Shown here in pieces: positions 1 through 13,328 of a stretch of DNA of 64,000 nucleotides. Every line of letters begins with the position of its first letter. Within the stretch, counting starts at the first letter, position 1. Position numbers and translations under genes: made by a program. The DNA lies in NCBI RefSeq assembly GCF_001194135.2, contig NC_068982.1, forward strand, positions 75,225,252-75,289,251. The letters run 5' to 3'. The notes beneath the pieces were generated by a model. The model was not told the origin of the DNA, ran no database searches, and saw only the letters and a list, made by a program, of their open reading frames with translations. Source of the stretch: Octopus bimaculoides. Lineage: Eukaryota.

Positions 1-199
1 ATGTNNNNNNNNNNAGTGTAATCAACATACCCACCAACCCAAATTTCAGCCTATATGCCTATAATAGAAAGGATTATTTTTACTATTATTATATAACCAA
101 AACTAATAATATCCTTTCTATTATACACACACGGCCTGAAATCTAGGACAGGAATCTAGTTGATTACATCAATTCGTAAAAAATGCCACAGAACTGCTA

Positions 200-1172
200 T
201 TATTAGAAGGTCAGGTTTGTGTAGGATGAAAGATTGCAAAGATAAAGCACTATACAAGAAATTAATAATGAATGAAACTGAAAATAGGAGGGTAAAGAAA
301 AGAATGTATGGTTAATTTCATAGGGATGTTGAAGATAAGAAAGACAGAGAAAAAAGATGACTGTGGATGACTAAAAGTGATTTAAAACCAGAAACAGAGG
401 CTCTAATCTGAGCTGCCCAAGAGCAAGCACTAAGAACAAACTACATAAAATACAGAATAGACAACACAGCAGAAAGTGATAAGTGCGGAATCTGTGGACA
501 AAACAGTGAAACTGTATGGCATATTACCAGCCAATGTACACTACTAGCCCAGAAGGAATATAAGAGACGCCACGACAATATAGCCAGGCTTGTCCATTGG
601 ACACTTTGCAACAAGTATGAACTTGACAGAGCAAAAAATTGGCACGACCACAAACCTGAAGGCATTGTTGAAATTAGAAATGCAAAGATCCAATGGGATT
701 TTATGATTCAGTGCGACCATGAGATAGAGAATAGGAAGCCAGACATAGTCTTAATTGAAAAAGAAAGCAAACTATGCTGGATCATAGATATAGCATGCCC
801 AGCTGACAACAAAGTATGCAATAAGGAAGAAAGAAAAGTCGAGAGATATGACAGGTTAGCTTGGGAAGTTAAGCAGTTGTGGTTGATGAAAAAGGTAGTA
901 GTAGTACCAATAATTGTCGGAGCCCTGTGAACAGTGAGCAAAAATCTTGAGAAGTACATGGAACAAATAGGGACTGCAATAAGGATGGAGCACTTGAAGA
1001 AAACAGCACTGCTTGGAACCACTTGAATACTCCGGAAGGTGTTTGAAAAATAAGGTGTTACCTTAGTTCATTGGTAGTGAACATCTGACACCATAGTACA
1101 TCTACAGCGTTAGAAGCTGTGCAAAGGCAATAATAATAATAATAATAAATAATAATAATAACAATAATAATA
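200..1172 (+). mobile_element. 3' fragment of an R4/Dong-clade non-LTR retrotransposon (RLE type), decayed
   Basis: Frame-broken LKPETEALI.AAQEQAL, CCHC knuckle CGICGQNSETVWHITSQC, RHD, RKPDIV..IIDIACP nuclease motif, PIIVGAL; ends in a (TAA)n tail at about 1128-1172. Confidence 0.85.
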
Positions 1173-1740
1173 CATACTGAATAACAACATGGACATGCTA
1201 CACTGGGCTGCCCATTCAAAAAAAAAATCTAATGCAACAACATCGGTGGAATTAGATAAAGGAACCTGTGGAAGACTTGAAGGATCTGGTCTTTTAATGA
1301 AAATAATTAAAAAAAAAAAATTTTACTGCCATACAAAGCACAATTTCTCCTATGCATGATGTCTCAGTGAAACATGTGCGAAACACACACATGAAGTCAA
1401 CACCGGAAAGTTTACAAATTATAAAATAGAAATGGAACAAAACTGTGAGTACATAAATTGAGCAATTACGCATACACTGGTATGTCTACACAATCATATA
1501 TACATTTTGATACCCACAGGACTACACACACATCTCAATGTTTACACACTATATGAAATTTACAGGGCACACATTCACATATATGAGAACACGTGTCACA
1601 AACGAAGCAAAAACCAAAAACAAAACTTTTTTCTGTTTTATTTTTCAAACAGACATAGTGAACCATAGTGAACCATTCATAAGTTTAAAAACACCACAAA
1701 AAACTATGTTTGGAGATAAACAAAAAAAAATACAGACGAA

Positions 1741-2153
1741 TACAGATCTGTTAGCCTTAATAAGCTTCAGTACAAGCAATGTTTACATGCAGAGAACTCA
1801 GTGACAGTGTTGTCTCAAAAAATTGACCCTAAACAGACAAATCCATCCCCTAATGTCAACGTTGAAGCTCATCATGCCTCAGTGATAACAAAGCAAATTA
1901 CAAACCAGATTAGTCGTCGACTGGATCACAAAGGACCATGTACTCGATACAGATCTGTTAGCCTTAAGAAGCTATGTTATGAGTAATGTTTACCTGCAGA
2001 GAACTGAGATGGTGTTGTCTCAAAAAAATTGACCCTAAACAGACAGATCCGTCCCCTAATGTCAACGTCGAAGCTCATCATGCCTCACTGTTAACAAAGC
2101 AAAATACAAACTGGAATGGTCATCGACCAGATTACAAAAGGCCACGTACTCGA
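1741..2153 (+). repeat. Two tandem copies of a ~207-bp unit at the LINE 5' end
   Basis: Unit starts tacagatctgttagccttaa at 1741 and 1948; both copies share ...aattgaccctaaacagaca...gtcaacgt.gaagctcatcatgcctca...gtactcga. Confidence 0.9.
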
Positions 2154-5100
2154 ATGAGGAACTAGATTTGATACGAGAAATCAGTAACTGGTTCAAATCT
2201 TCCTGACACACAGAAGCTGGAAGTACCCCACAACCAGAATATTCCAAAAGATGGCCATCCATGCTTGTCATCAAACAACCAAAAGAAGAAGAATGAAAAA
2301 TGGTCTAGGGAAGATAATAAAGAAGTTCTTACAGCCTTCTACCATGCCATATATTTCCCCACAAATAAATCTAACACTGTACAAACCTACTTAAACTGGA
2401 GACAGAAACACCTTGAAGTAAGACCCTACATACACAGTAACAAACTTGTTAATGTCAGAAGAAACATTATGAAAAAATAATTACTAACTGAAGTAGAGAT
2501 TGACCAAATTAAACAAGCAGTAAGGGAAAAAAAGAACAAAGCTGCAGCTAAAGAAGATACTACAGAGGAAATAATTATAGACCAGCCCAGGTCTGATGAA
2601 TATGCAGTAATGATTGAAGGAGTTAATATAACTAATAAGCAAAGTGAAATATTCTCTGAACCAACCATAAACACTAAGGCAGATGAAAATCAAATAGATG
2701 AAGAAAGTCACAGAAATTGACCCAACTGAACTAGATGATCTAAAAAATCAAATCATGACTGAATGGCTGAAAATTAAAGAAACCAGTATGAATGAACACG
2801 ATACTCTCCCAAAATTTCGCAATTCTAACCAAAACCTGAAAATAATTGGTAAAATTCACCTTGCACTTAAGGATACAATTTCAGCTAATGATCAACCACC
2901 TGTACTATGCATCCGCGAAAATCTCAACAATTCTATGTGGTGAAAAGATTAGAAAACGACAACATTCCCACAAAAAGCAAGAGCGTATTCAACACCAAAT
3001 GAAGCTACTTAGGTCTGACATAGAATGTTTGAAAAACCTTAAGTTTGACAAGAATCAAACCTACAAAAACCCGAAAATTAAAGAAAATATATAATATGAA
3101 AACCATATTTGACATTGATAACACCATAGAAACCATCAAGCAAAAGGTATGTGCTAAAGCTACCCGCATAGCAAGGTATGAAAAGCGTGTTAGATTCAAG
3201 GACAACATGTTCAAAAATAACCCCAAAAATGTTTACAGGAAGATAGGGAAGATACTAGCTACAGTAAAGTCTGTCCCATCAAAAGAAGTGCAGGAATTTT
3301 GGAATAAAATTTGGGCAGAAGAAAAAACACACAATGAAAAGGCCCCTTGGATTGATAGAATATCTACAGACTTAGACTCCTTAGAGGAGCAAAAGTGGGA
3401 GGGTGTCAAGGTAGAAGACAAGATCTGCTCTCAGGAGGTCAAGCAAATGGAAGTCTTCAGGAAAGAATAAAATTCCTAACTTCTGGTTGAATGCCTTCCC
3501 AGAGAGCCATGAACTACTAACAAAACTTTACAACAATGTTTTGCAACATCTTAGTATGATCTGCTCTTGGCTAGTTAATGGTTTAACATTCCAAAAAATG
3601 AAGAAACAAATGAACCAAAAGATTATCGACCCATAACCTGCTTAACAACAATGTATAAAACGCTAACATCTGTCCTGACTGACTATACCTATAGTTTTTT
3701 AATAGAGAGTAGCATATTCCCTAATGAGCAAAGAGGATGTAAACGTGGATCTATAATGGTTGTAAAGATCAGCTACTCATCAATAAGATGATCTTAGAAG
3801 ATTGTCGCAAACAACACAAAAACTTGTCAATAGCCTGGATAGACTATAAAAATGCTTTCGATACCACATAGATGGATTAAGAAATGTCTGGAAATGTATA
3901 AAATAGCTCCTACTCTGCAAAACTTTTTGTCTGTAAGTATGAAACCATGCAGAACTACACTGACTTTGAACAGTGACAATGAATCTCTAAATGCTGGATT
4001 TGTAAGAATGTCATTTGGCATTTTCCAGGGTGACTCACTATTACCACTCCTCTTTTGTCTAGCCTTAATACCTCTCTCAAAATTGCTCAATGATGCACAG
4101 TACAGTTATAAAATGTTTGATAAAAATATAAATCATCTCATTTACATGAATGATTTAAAGCTCTTTGCAAAAAATGACCAACAACTCAAGGGCTTACTAG
4201 CGATTGTTAAACAATTCAGTGAGGACATCAGGATGCAATTTGGCCTTGATAAATGTGCAAAAGGTGCCTTTATCAAAGGAAAATTGACAGAAACATCTAA
4301 CGTTAACCTTGACCAGCAGAATGTCATAAAAGAGTTAGAACCAGCGGAGAGCTACAAATACCTAGGGGACAGAATCAAACATGATCAGAAGAGAATGTTA
4401 TCGCAGGGTGACAGCAATACTGAAGACAGAGCTGAATGCAAGAAACAGGATCGAAGCAATCAATGCTTTAGCCATACCAGTTGTGACTTACAGTTTCAAA
4501 ATCATTAACTGGCCAATTACCGAAATATGTAATCTTGACAGAAAAATACGAAAACTGTTGACAATGCATAGAATGCACCACCCTAAGGCAGATATAAAAC
4601 AACTTTATCGGCTAAGAAAAGAGGGAGGCTGTGGACTTTTACAACTGGCATTAACTATGAAGATTGCCACAATTGGCCTAGACACCTACCTGAAAAACTC
4701 TGAGGACTGGATGTTAAAACTTGTCTCAAAACATGAAAACAAGAAAGCATCATACTCAGTAACAAAACAGGCAAAGGAATATCTAAGTGAATTTCAAATA
4801 AAACAAATTCTGGAATTAGACATACTAGAAACAAGCACAGAAAAAGCTAAGCGTTTGAAAACCTGCGCTAAAACTGCTACCTTAGATATTCTTACTGATA
4901 AATGACAAGAAAAACCTCTCAATGGCAAATACCCAAAGAGAGCGAATAATGCTAATGTTGATAAAGCCCTTACCCATCAATGGCTAATGGCTTCTGGCTT
5001 AAAATCAGAAACAGAAGGGTTTATTATAGCAGCCCAAGATCAATGCCTACCTACAAGGAACTACCAGGCCAATATATTAAAAAATGGCAGCTCCGCAATA

Positions 5101-5940
5101 TGTCGTGTATGTCAACAACAAAATGAGACCATCGATCATGTTGTCTCCATATGCAGTTTTCTTGTGCCTACAGAGTATTTCAACAGGCATGATAGAACTG
5201 CACAATATATTCACTGGGTAATTTGCAAAAACCTGGACTTGCCCCATGATAAAAACTGGTGGGAACACAAACCACCACCAATGCTTGAAAATGATCACAT
5301 CTCACTNNNNNNNNNNGAACACAAACCACCACCAATGCTTGAAAATGATCACATCTCACTCCTCTGGAACTTCACCATTCGAATTGACAGAAAAATAGAT
5401 GCAAATAGGCCAGACATCATATTGAAAGACTTCAGACAAAAATTTTGCCTCCTCATTGATATGACTCCCAATCTATATAAATATATGTGTCAAGACCTAC
5501 CAAAAACTGAGCAAGTATAAAGATCTTGAAATAGAAATTAGCAAAATATGGAACCTGAAGACTAAAATAATACCTGTTGTCATAGGTGCCCTAGGAATGA
5601 TAGCAAAAGGGGCTGATTGCTACCTAGCTCAGATACCAGGAAACCCCAAAATGGCAGAAATTCAAAAGATAGTGCTCATGGGAACTGCCCATATCCTACA
5701 TAAAATACTGTCTATGTAATCTCAAATTTTAAAACAAACACATAATTTTCTTATGATTTCTTAAACATTCTATAGAACAAAACCAAATATATGGCACCCT
5801 AGGCATAACACCAACATGAACTTCTAACTTGTTGTCTCTTGAGGTCTCTGGGTAAGACTTGCAGCCAACTTGTACGAATGCAAAGCATAAGCCAAACATA
5901 AAAAAAAAGGCGATGATGGTGGTAATAATAATAATAATAA
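1741..5940 (+). mobile_element. Near full-length R4/Dong-clade LINE (RT plus RLE endonuclease), pseudogenised
   Basis: Fragments from 2265 to 5719: N-terminal KWSREDNKEV, RT motifs [22 protein letters not shown] (YMDD mutated), FGLDKC, YKYLG; CRVC..ETIDHVVSIC; RHD; NRPDII..LIDM. Many stops and frameshifts; (TAA)n tail at 5923-5940. 5' boundary uncertain. Confidence 0.9.
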
Positions 5941-6067
5941 ACACTTTCTGTCCATATTAACTCAAGAATGTATAAAATTTGTTATTTGGGGTTCACTTTA
6001 AAAGTATCCTGCAAACAAAATTAAAATATTTTAATGTAAACATGGAAACAACTGAGGAAGATGTATG

Positions 6068-7520
6068 TACCGCAAATCCTCGAGTATAGTCCACCCTTGA
6101 GTATAATACACAGGGGATTTTTAGGGGGTTGTACCTCTGAAAAACCTAAACCTTGTGTATAATACGCACCCCTTCTCTAACTTCAGTCAAGGAGGTCTAT
6201 ATAACGTCCTTGGTTTGTAAACATATATACAGTACCGTCCTTTATTATTATTGTGTATATAACATAATGCAAATGTGTAGCTTTTTTGTGCACTTTGCAG
6301 AAAATAAAGAAATAACTGTAATAACGTCAGTGAAAAATAAATATTAAGTAAATTACCTTTACATATTTATCACTATCAGTNNNNNNNNNNNNNNNNNNNN
6401 NNNNNNNNNNNNNNNNNNNNNNNNNNNNNNNNNNNNNNNNNNNNNNNNNNNNNNNNNNNNNNNNNNNNNNNNNNNNNNNNNNNNNNNNNNNNNNNNNNNN
6501 NNNNNNNNNNNNNNNNNNNNNNNNNNNNNNNNNNNNNNNNNNNNNNNNNNNNNNNNNNNNNNNNNNNNNNNNNNNNNNNNNNNNNNNNNNNNNNNNNNNN
6601 NNNNNNNNNNNNNNNNNNNNNNNNNNNNNNNNNNNNNNNNNNNNNNNNNNNNNNNNNNNNNNNNNNNNNNNNNNNNNNNNNNNNNNNNNNNNNNNNNNNN
6701 NNNNNNNNNNNNNNNNNNNNNNNNNNNNNNNNNNNNNNNNNNNNNNNNNNNNNNNNNNNNNNNNNNNNNNNNNNNNNNNNNNNNNNNNNNNNNNNNNNNN
6801 NNNNNNNNNNNNNNNNNNNNNNNNNNNNNNNNNNNNNNNNNNNNNNNNNNNNNNNNNNNNNNNNNNNNNNNNNNNNNNNNNNNNNNNNNNNNNNNNNNNN
6901 NNNNNNNNNNNNNNNNNNNNNNNNNNNNNNNNNNNNNNNNNNTAATGGACACGTTAAAGTCCCGCTTATAAAAAACCCTAGTAAAGACCCACAGTAGTTC
7001 AAATATTTAATACTGGTATTTAATTAAGTATCTATTGTTTGCCACGGTTATGATGCAAATTGCTAATACAAACAGTAGGATGAACTATTTAGCGCTAAAC
7101 TATTAAGCACAATTCATGTGTAATTAAGCCAGCAGCACCTAGTCGAACAAACACTTCCACGCATGCGTAATATAATAATGGTGATGTTCTTAACTGTTAA
7201 ATGGGAATGTAAATATGTTTGCAAATTGTTTTTGTTACATGTTATTCTGTGTTCTGAATACTTTTATTTTAATAAATGTTGCTTATTGCAAGTTATGGAT
7301 GATTCTTTTATGACTTCATTGCTTTCAGGCTTAGCTTAAGGTATTTTTGAGCCCGACATCACAAAATACGTCTGAATAAACATTGCCGGACAGCAAATAG
7401 AGACTTGGACATTGCTTAGAAAATATTTTTCATTTTTAACCTCGTATATAGTAAGCACTAGGGATTTTGGCCTCTAAATTTTGGGAAAAAAAGGTGGATT
7501 ATACTTGAGGATTTATGGTA
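6068..7520. mobile_element. Tc2/pogo-like non-autonomous DNA transposon spanning an N gap
   Basis: TIRs taccgcaaatcctcgagtatagtccacc (6068) and its reverse complement ggtggattatacttgaggatttatggta (to 7520), both ending in TA. Confidence 0.7.
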
Positions 7521-9791
7521 GATGTTATCTAAATCTCAACTCTGTGTATGTGTGTGTGTGTGTGTGTAGCTCTGAAATGATGTAGGTAAACCATTCATAT
7601 CTGAAATGTATGAACATTCCTCATCCATTCATGTAACATGTGTTTTAGACAAATATTATTGAGGCACAGCTAGATGCCCTCCCTTCTTGTAACTAGTCCT
7701 TACCAGTTTTTCAAGTTAGAGACTTTTATTCCATGCGACTTCAAGAGTGCAGTGTAGGTATGACTGTGTGATTAGGAAGCTTAGTTTGCAACCATGATTT
7801 GAAGTTCAGTTTCACAATGTAGCACCTTGAGCAAGTATCTTCTACTATAGCCCTGGGTCGACAAATGCCTTGTTAGTGAATTTGGTGTACTTGAGAAGAC
7901 ATATCAAGCTAAGTAAAATTGCAACCATCCATACATGCAGGCATGTCCTTACTGGCCATGCCCCCACTCCCCGTCCTAGCTCAGAAGTTTTTGTCTTGCC
8001 GGTGCCAGCACCATGTAAAATGTACTCTCATGCCAGTGCCACATACAAGGGCACTCAGTACACTGTATAGTAGTTGGCATTAGGAAGGGCATCCAATCCT
8101 AGAAACCATGCCAAAACAGACAATTTGGAGCTTGAACAGGTCTCTGGCTGACCAACTCCTGTCAAACTGTCCAACACATGCAGGGAAAACAGACATGATG
8201 ATGATGATGATGATGATGATGATATACATATATATATATATACGTACACATTTGTGTTTGCTCTCATTACTGCTTGAAAACCAGTGTTAGTTTGTTGATG
8301 TCCCCATAACTTAGACTTTCATCAAAAGAGACCGATAGAAAAAGTACCAAACTTATAAAATGAATAAGTACTAGATTTGATTTCTTTGACTAAAACCCTT
8401 CAAGGTAGAGCCCCAACATGGTCACAGTCCAATGAGTGAAACAAGTAAAAGAATAAAAGATAAACACAAACAGACATATGTATGCACACACACATATCAT
8501 TTAACATCTAGTTTCCATGCTATCATGGGTTGGTTGGTTTGACGGAGTCTAATGAGTTGAAAAACTGCATCATGCGCCAATGTCTACTTAGACATAGTTC
8601 CTTCAGCTTGATGCCCTTCCTAATACAAACCACTTTAAAAGTTACTAGCACTTATAATTATCACCTCATAACTTGCAAAGCTAAGGGCTTTAAGTGACCC
8701 CTATAACTGAGGAAGAATAGAAGAGAGAGTGGGTGATGGTTCTAGGTGTAAGGATGAAGGAGGATAAGTAAGAGAGGAGAGGGTGAGAAAAGAAGTGTGG
8801 CAGGGAACAGGGGAGAGAGAAATGATTAGTGACAGGCTTGAGAAAAAGGGATAGATAGTGTTGAAAAGGTGATAGGATAGGTTGTATGAATATGAAAGCT
8901 GAGTCTACGACTATCCAACATTATAAGAGATAAGTATGGACAGAAGGTGTGAAGGAAAGAGGAACAGGAAGGGAGTAACAGTCTAGGGTGAAGAGGAATG
9001 CTGCGAGTCATTTGAAGGAAAAAGGGCATGGATAGGTCAGATTGAGAAAGATAAGGGTATTGAAGAAGCAGACCTTTTGGGGAAAGGGTTTTTATTTCTC
9101 GGAGTATGGCTCTGAGGTTAAAAGGTTCACTTTTCAACCATATGATTTTTGTGCTCTGTCCCACTGTACTTCGGCACATCTACTATAGTCCCAGTCTGAT
9201 CAATTCCTTGTGAGTGGATTTGGTAGATGGAAACTGTGGGGAAGCCCATTTCACAAAGACACACACCAAACTGGCACAACTCAGTCAATGTTGCTGACTG
9301 TTTTAGTGAAAGATAAGGCTTTAAAATCTGCACAGAGTTACCTCTCTTCAGTATTTCCCATTGATAATGGCTAGAGCTAGAAATGCATCTGGGAATCCAA
9401 TAGAGGGCAGCACTGGATAGATATGGTGTTTTTACACCCTTTTATCCCAAGCAATAGTTTTTTTCTCTAGAGTAACTACAGTAAATTTGCCTTTAATGGT
9501 TGAAATATGTCTCAAACATATTTTAACCCACCTAAATTTCACTTATGCCTAAACACTGCTTGAATATGTGTGTGTCTCTGAGTTTGTTCCCCTCACCACT
9601 TGACAACCTGTGTTGGTTTGTTTACATCTCTGTAATGTAGCAGTTTGGCAAAATGATCAATCGAAGTACTAGTGTAAAAAAAAAAAAAAAAAAAAGTACT
9701 GATGTCAATTTGAAATCAGTGCCCCAGTATGGCCACAATCTAATGACCGAAGCATGTAAATGATAGAAAAAAAAAACCCAGGTGGTTTTAC

Positions 9792-9862
9792 CTGATCTGT
9801 TAGCTCATCTTTTACGGAAGTTAAGTTATCCACTTGTTCCAGAATATCATATTTTTCTTTCA
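9792..9862 (-). CDS. GKAP1: GKAP1 homologue, coding exon 8
   Basis: gtttacag|TG-KEKYDILEQVDNLTSVKDELTDQ|gtaaaa; matches [23 protein letters not shown]; 71 nt. Confidence 0.9.
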
Positions 9863-11120
9863 CTGTAAACAACAAAACAAATACAGGAATGAGTAGTGTG
9901 AATGAACATTGGATAAAAAAACATTAAGATTGAATTTTGTGTTAAGATGTCAGGAAGAGGAGCATAAATCTCTAAGTGATGGAAACATAGTCAACAACCC
10001 TCAAGGTCTGAGTGTATTCTGTTGAAGGGGCAATGACAAGGTCTTTAGAGACTGCCTTACCTCCTGACTACAAAAAATAGAGCCAGGTACAAGCATGGCA
10101 GTGGGGTTAAGAAGCTTGCTTTACAACCATGTGGTTCCAAATTCAATCTTACTATGTGGCTCCATGAGCAAGTGTCTGTTATAGCCCCAGGTCAACCAAT
10201 ACCTTGTGAGTGAATTTAGTAGACTGTAAACTCTGCCAGTTTGCTGCCTTTACTAATACTAATACTAATAATAATAGTGAGCTGGCAGAATTGTTATCAT
10301 GCCAGGTGAAATGCTCAGCAGCATTTTGCCCATCTTTACGTTCTGGGTTCAAATTCCACCAAGGTTGACTTTGCCTTTCATCCTTTCAGGATTGATAAAC
10401 CAAGTACTAGTTAAGCCCTGGGGTCAATGTAATTGACTTACTCCTCTACCAAAATTGCAGGCCTTGTGCCAAAATTTGAAATTATTATTATTATTATTAT
10501 TAATAATAATAATAATAATGTTTCTAATTTAAGAACAAGCAATTTGTGGGAAGGTGATTAACCTATACCATTGATCCCAATATTTGACCACCACTATATT
10601 TCATTGACCCCTACACACACATCTGCAGCAACATCATATAATCTCTCTACACTGGTATCTGCAGCACAGCAAGTCTTTAAACATCTCAATACTAAAAGTA
10701 ATACAAGTCCTTGGAAAAAAAAATCTAGGATTCAAAATGGTTTAAAAATAAATGGAACGTTTTGATTAGAATATGTAAGAGAGGTAACTATGGAGAGATG
10801 ACAAGTGGTTGCAGCAATGAAAAACGAAAGGTAAGGGTGAAGTGTGATATAGGATAAAGAATGGAAACTTGATTTGAGACAGCTATCCAAGATACAACAT
10901 CTGTAATGCGGATATCAATAAACAACACTAACAGCCAAAAGATCTCTGAGCAATACAAAATAACATAAAATGCCCATAGTTCACAGTCTTCCTTAAGTGG
11001 CTGTGCATCTGAGATGCATTTCATATTGCATGAGGAATCTTTGGCCCACATCAGATCTGGGAGAGGTTCAGTTTAAAAAATACATATATATATTAGTGAC
11101 AGAGGCAGTATTAATAGTGA

Positions 11121-11400
11121 GAGGCAATATTTATTCTCACTAAGATGTGGATGTTCTCTTAGAACAAACTCTACTGTGGTAGATACCATGAGAGAAACTC
11201 TCATATAGGCTTTTAGTGCAAAATGCATACTTGTTTATACTGATAGTGGTGAGGTAAATTCTCACCAACTCCCGCTAGTGATATAAACAAGCATGCATTT
11301 TGCACCAAAAACCTATATGGGAGTTTTTCTCATGGTATCTACTGCAGCAAAGTTTGTTCTAACAGAATATCCAGATTTAAGTGGAAGGAAATATTACCTC
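11121..11400. repeat. ~280-bp palindromic fold-back element (MITE-like)
   Basis: Left arm gaggcaatattt...ttagaacaaact...gtagataccatgagagaaactctcatatagg...tgcaaaatgcat.cttgtttata is mirrored by the right arm ending aaatattacctc; centre ggtgag-gtaaatt-ctcacc. Confidence 0.85.
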
Positions 11401-12528
11401 TAAGCTTCGGTTTTGCTGGATGTCTTTGCTAATAAACATCGATGTAGTTGAGTGGTTGTTATTATTTTTTCACAGAAGCTTTTAACCACTTCTTAGGACC
11501 AAATGACAAGTGCTCAACATATGTTGGCATGGAACCTTTCTCTGCTTTGGTCTTTGAAGATTTCATTTGAATATTTGCTACTAACAAGATCTGTACCCAT
11601 GGTTAGCTTCATTTGGGCTTGTGCCTTCCATACTCACTGTGGCTCCCTCCTACTTGACCAGATACAGAAGTTTCCAAAATATAAAATCTGATATCCACAT
11701 CTGGTAACCAAATATTTCTAAGTCAACAAAGCTTGCCACCTTCATGGCATGTGAAGAGAGAACAATTCTCAATGGAGCTCAAGATTAAACTACAATGAAG
11801 GAGCCTTAACACTGCTTTGATGGTATATACACTAGGCTCTTCATAAGGATTCAAAACACCTCATAGCATTAGCACAAAGTCAAAGAGGATATTTACAGAC
11901 ATGTTTCAACTATCTCTACTGTTGTCGCTCAAAGCAGAGTAGGCTTTGCTGGCCACTATTATCATGCTGAACATCATTACTCATTACCCAATGAGTAATG
12001 ATGGGCTCAAATTATACTATAGTAATTGTTTTGTATGGTTCTGTCTGTCTAAATGAAAAATAAGTGCCACTTATATTTCTATGTTGAAGGGTTTAAAATA
12101 ACAAGAACAAGCATTGAAACTGTGGAGACAAAAAGTGTGCTTTTGCAACCAAACAATTCATAGTTTTCATCTCACTGCCTGACATCTTGAGTTGGCAAAT
12201 GCTCTGTGAATAGAATTTGGTAGACATGTGTACAAATCCACAAATGAATGTAATAATGAGATTTGTACTGAAATTCTCATTAAAATACGAATAAGACATT
12301 TTGGACAGGTATGGGCAGTTCGGTAATATTAACGAAAGTATTTTTCAGGTGTCTGTGGTGATAAAAGGGTGAAAGTCTATCTTCTATGCTGGCATGGGTT
12401 GAACTCAAAAATTTGTATAGATGTGTACATGTGTATATCTTTTGGAGATGTCTATCAGCAAGAAATGCAAAAAATAAACAACAAAAAAAAGTGCTTTTGA
12501 AGCAAGTCCTTTATATGTTCTACATCAA

Positions 12529-12745
12529 GGTGGTGAGCTGGCAGAAACATTAGCACGCCGATAGAAATGCTCAGCGGTATTTCGTCTGTCTTTACATTCT
12601 GAGTTCAAATTCCACCAAGGTCAACTTTGCCTTTCATCCTTTCAGGGTTGATAAATTAAGTACCTGTTACATACTGGAGTCGATCTAATCGACTGGTCCC
12701 CTCCCCAAAAATTTCGGGCCTTGTGTCTAAAGTAGAAAAGAATAT
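12529..12745 (+). mobile_element. tRNA-derived SINE, family B (ggtggtgagctggcagaa...gagttcaaattcc head)
   Basis: A/B-box-like head; related copies at about 10275-10480(+), 17480-17628(-), 39190-39420(+), 44430-44540(-), 49246-49406(-), 55640-55820(-). Confidence 0.75.
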
Positions 12746-13264
12746 TTGTTCTACATTGATTTACACAGACTTTCCTGTCATTCTTACAACCATAAAAGCA
12801 ATGAACCGGTGATTGTCCCAGTGATACTATTGTCTACCAATATATAAATAAAAATTCTACCATTGAGAACTAGATATTAAATTAATGTCAGAAATTGCTA
12901 TGATGACAACAATAATGATGATGATGAAAAACTAACCTCGTTTTTACCATCAAGTTGGAACATTACCATTAATCTTTATAATTATGTAACCTGGTAATGA
13001 AGTGCTAGAAATGTTAGAATATAAGACAAAATTTCTCCAGGTAATTTGTTCCATTTTCCAGTGTGCTAAATACTGCTAGAGCCAATAAAAACAGAACAAT
13101 GCCAGCCATTGCTCCAACTGACAATGTCCAAAACCTCTCATATTTGTGGCCTTGTACCCTGTCAAGAAATCCTAATATTGCAATATATAAAGCAGGTCTT
13201 TATCTTCATATATTAAATAGTAGGGAAAACTAAACACAGAGATAAGAATTAGGCAAATACTTGC

Positions 13265-13328
13265 GTTCAGCTTGGCTAAGAATTATTGCCAACTGGCCGT
13301 TCCTCTTCTTCACATTCTTTAATTCTGC
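13265..13328 (-). CDS. GKAP1: GKAP1 homologue, coding exon 7 (GC donor)
   Basis: atttcag|AELKNVKKRNGQLAIILSQAE+C|gcaagt; matches KEVKARNAQLLKMLQEGE; 64 nt. Confidence 0.88.

Noticed and set aside
5263-5356. Exact duplication EHKPPPMLENDHIS either side of a 10-N gap
   Set aside because: Identical 44-bp copies flanking a nominal gap are a typical unmerged contig overlap (assembly artefact).
6359-7002. Long ORFs full of X (also 21492-21926, 45404-46138, 48939-49313, 62130-62674)
   Set aside because: These are read-through across N gaps, not genes.
10520-11050. Possible decayed LINE fragment after a TAA tract
   Set aside because: Motifs are ambiguous between R4 and RTE; too degraded to call.
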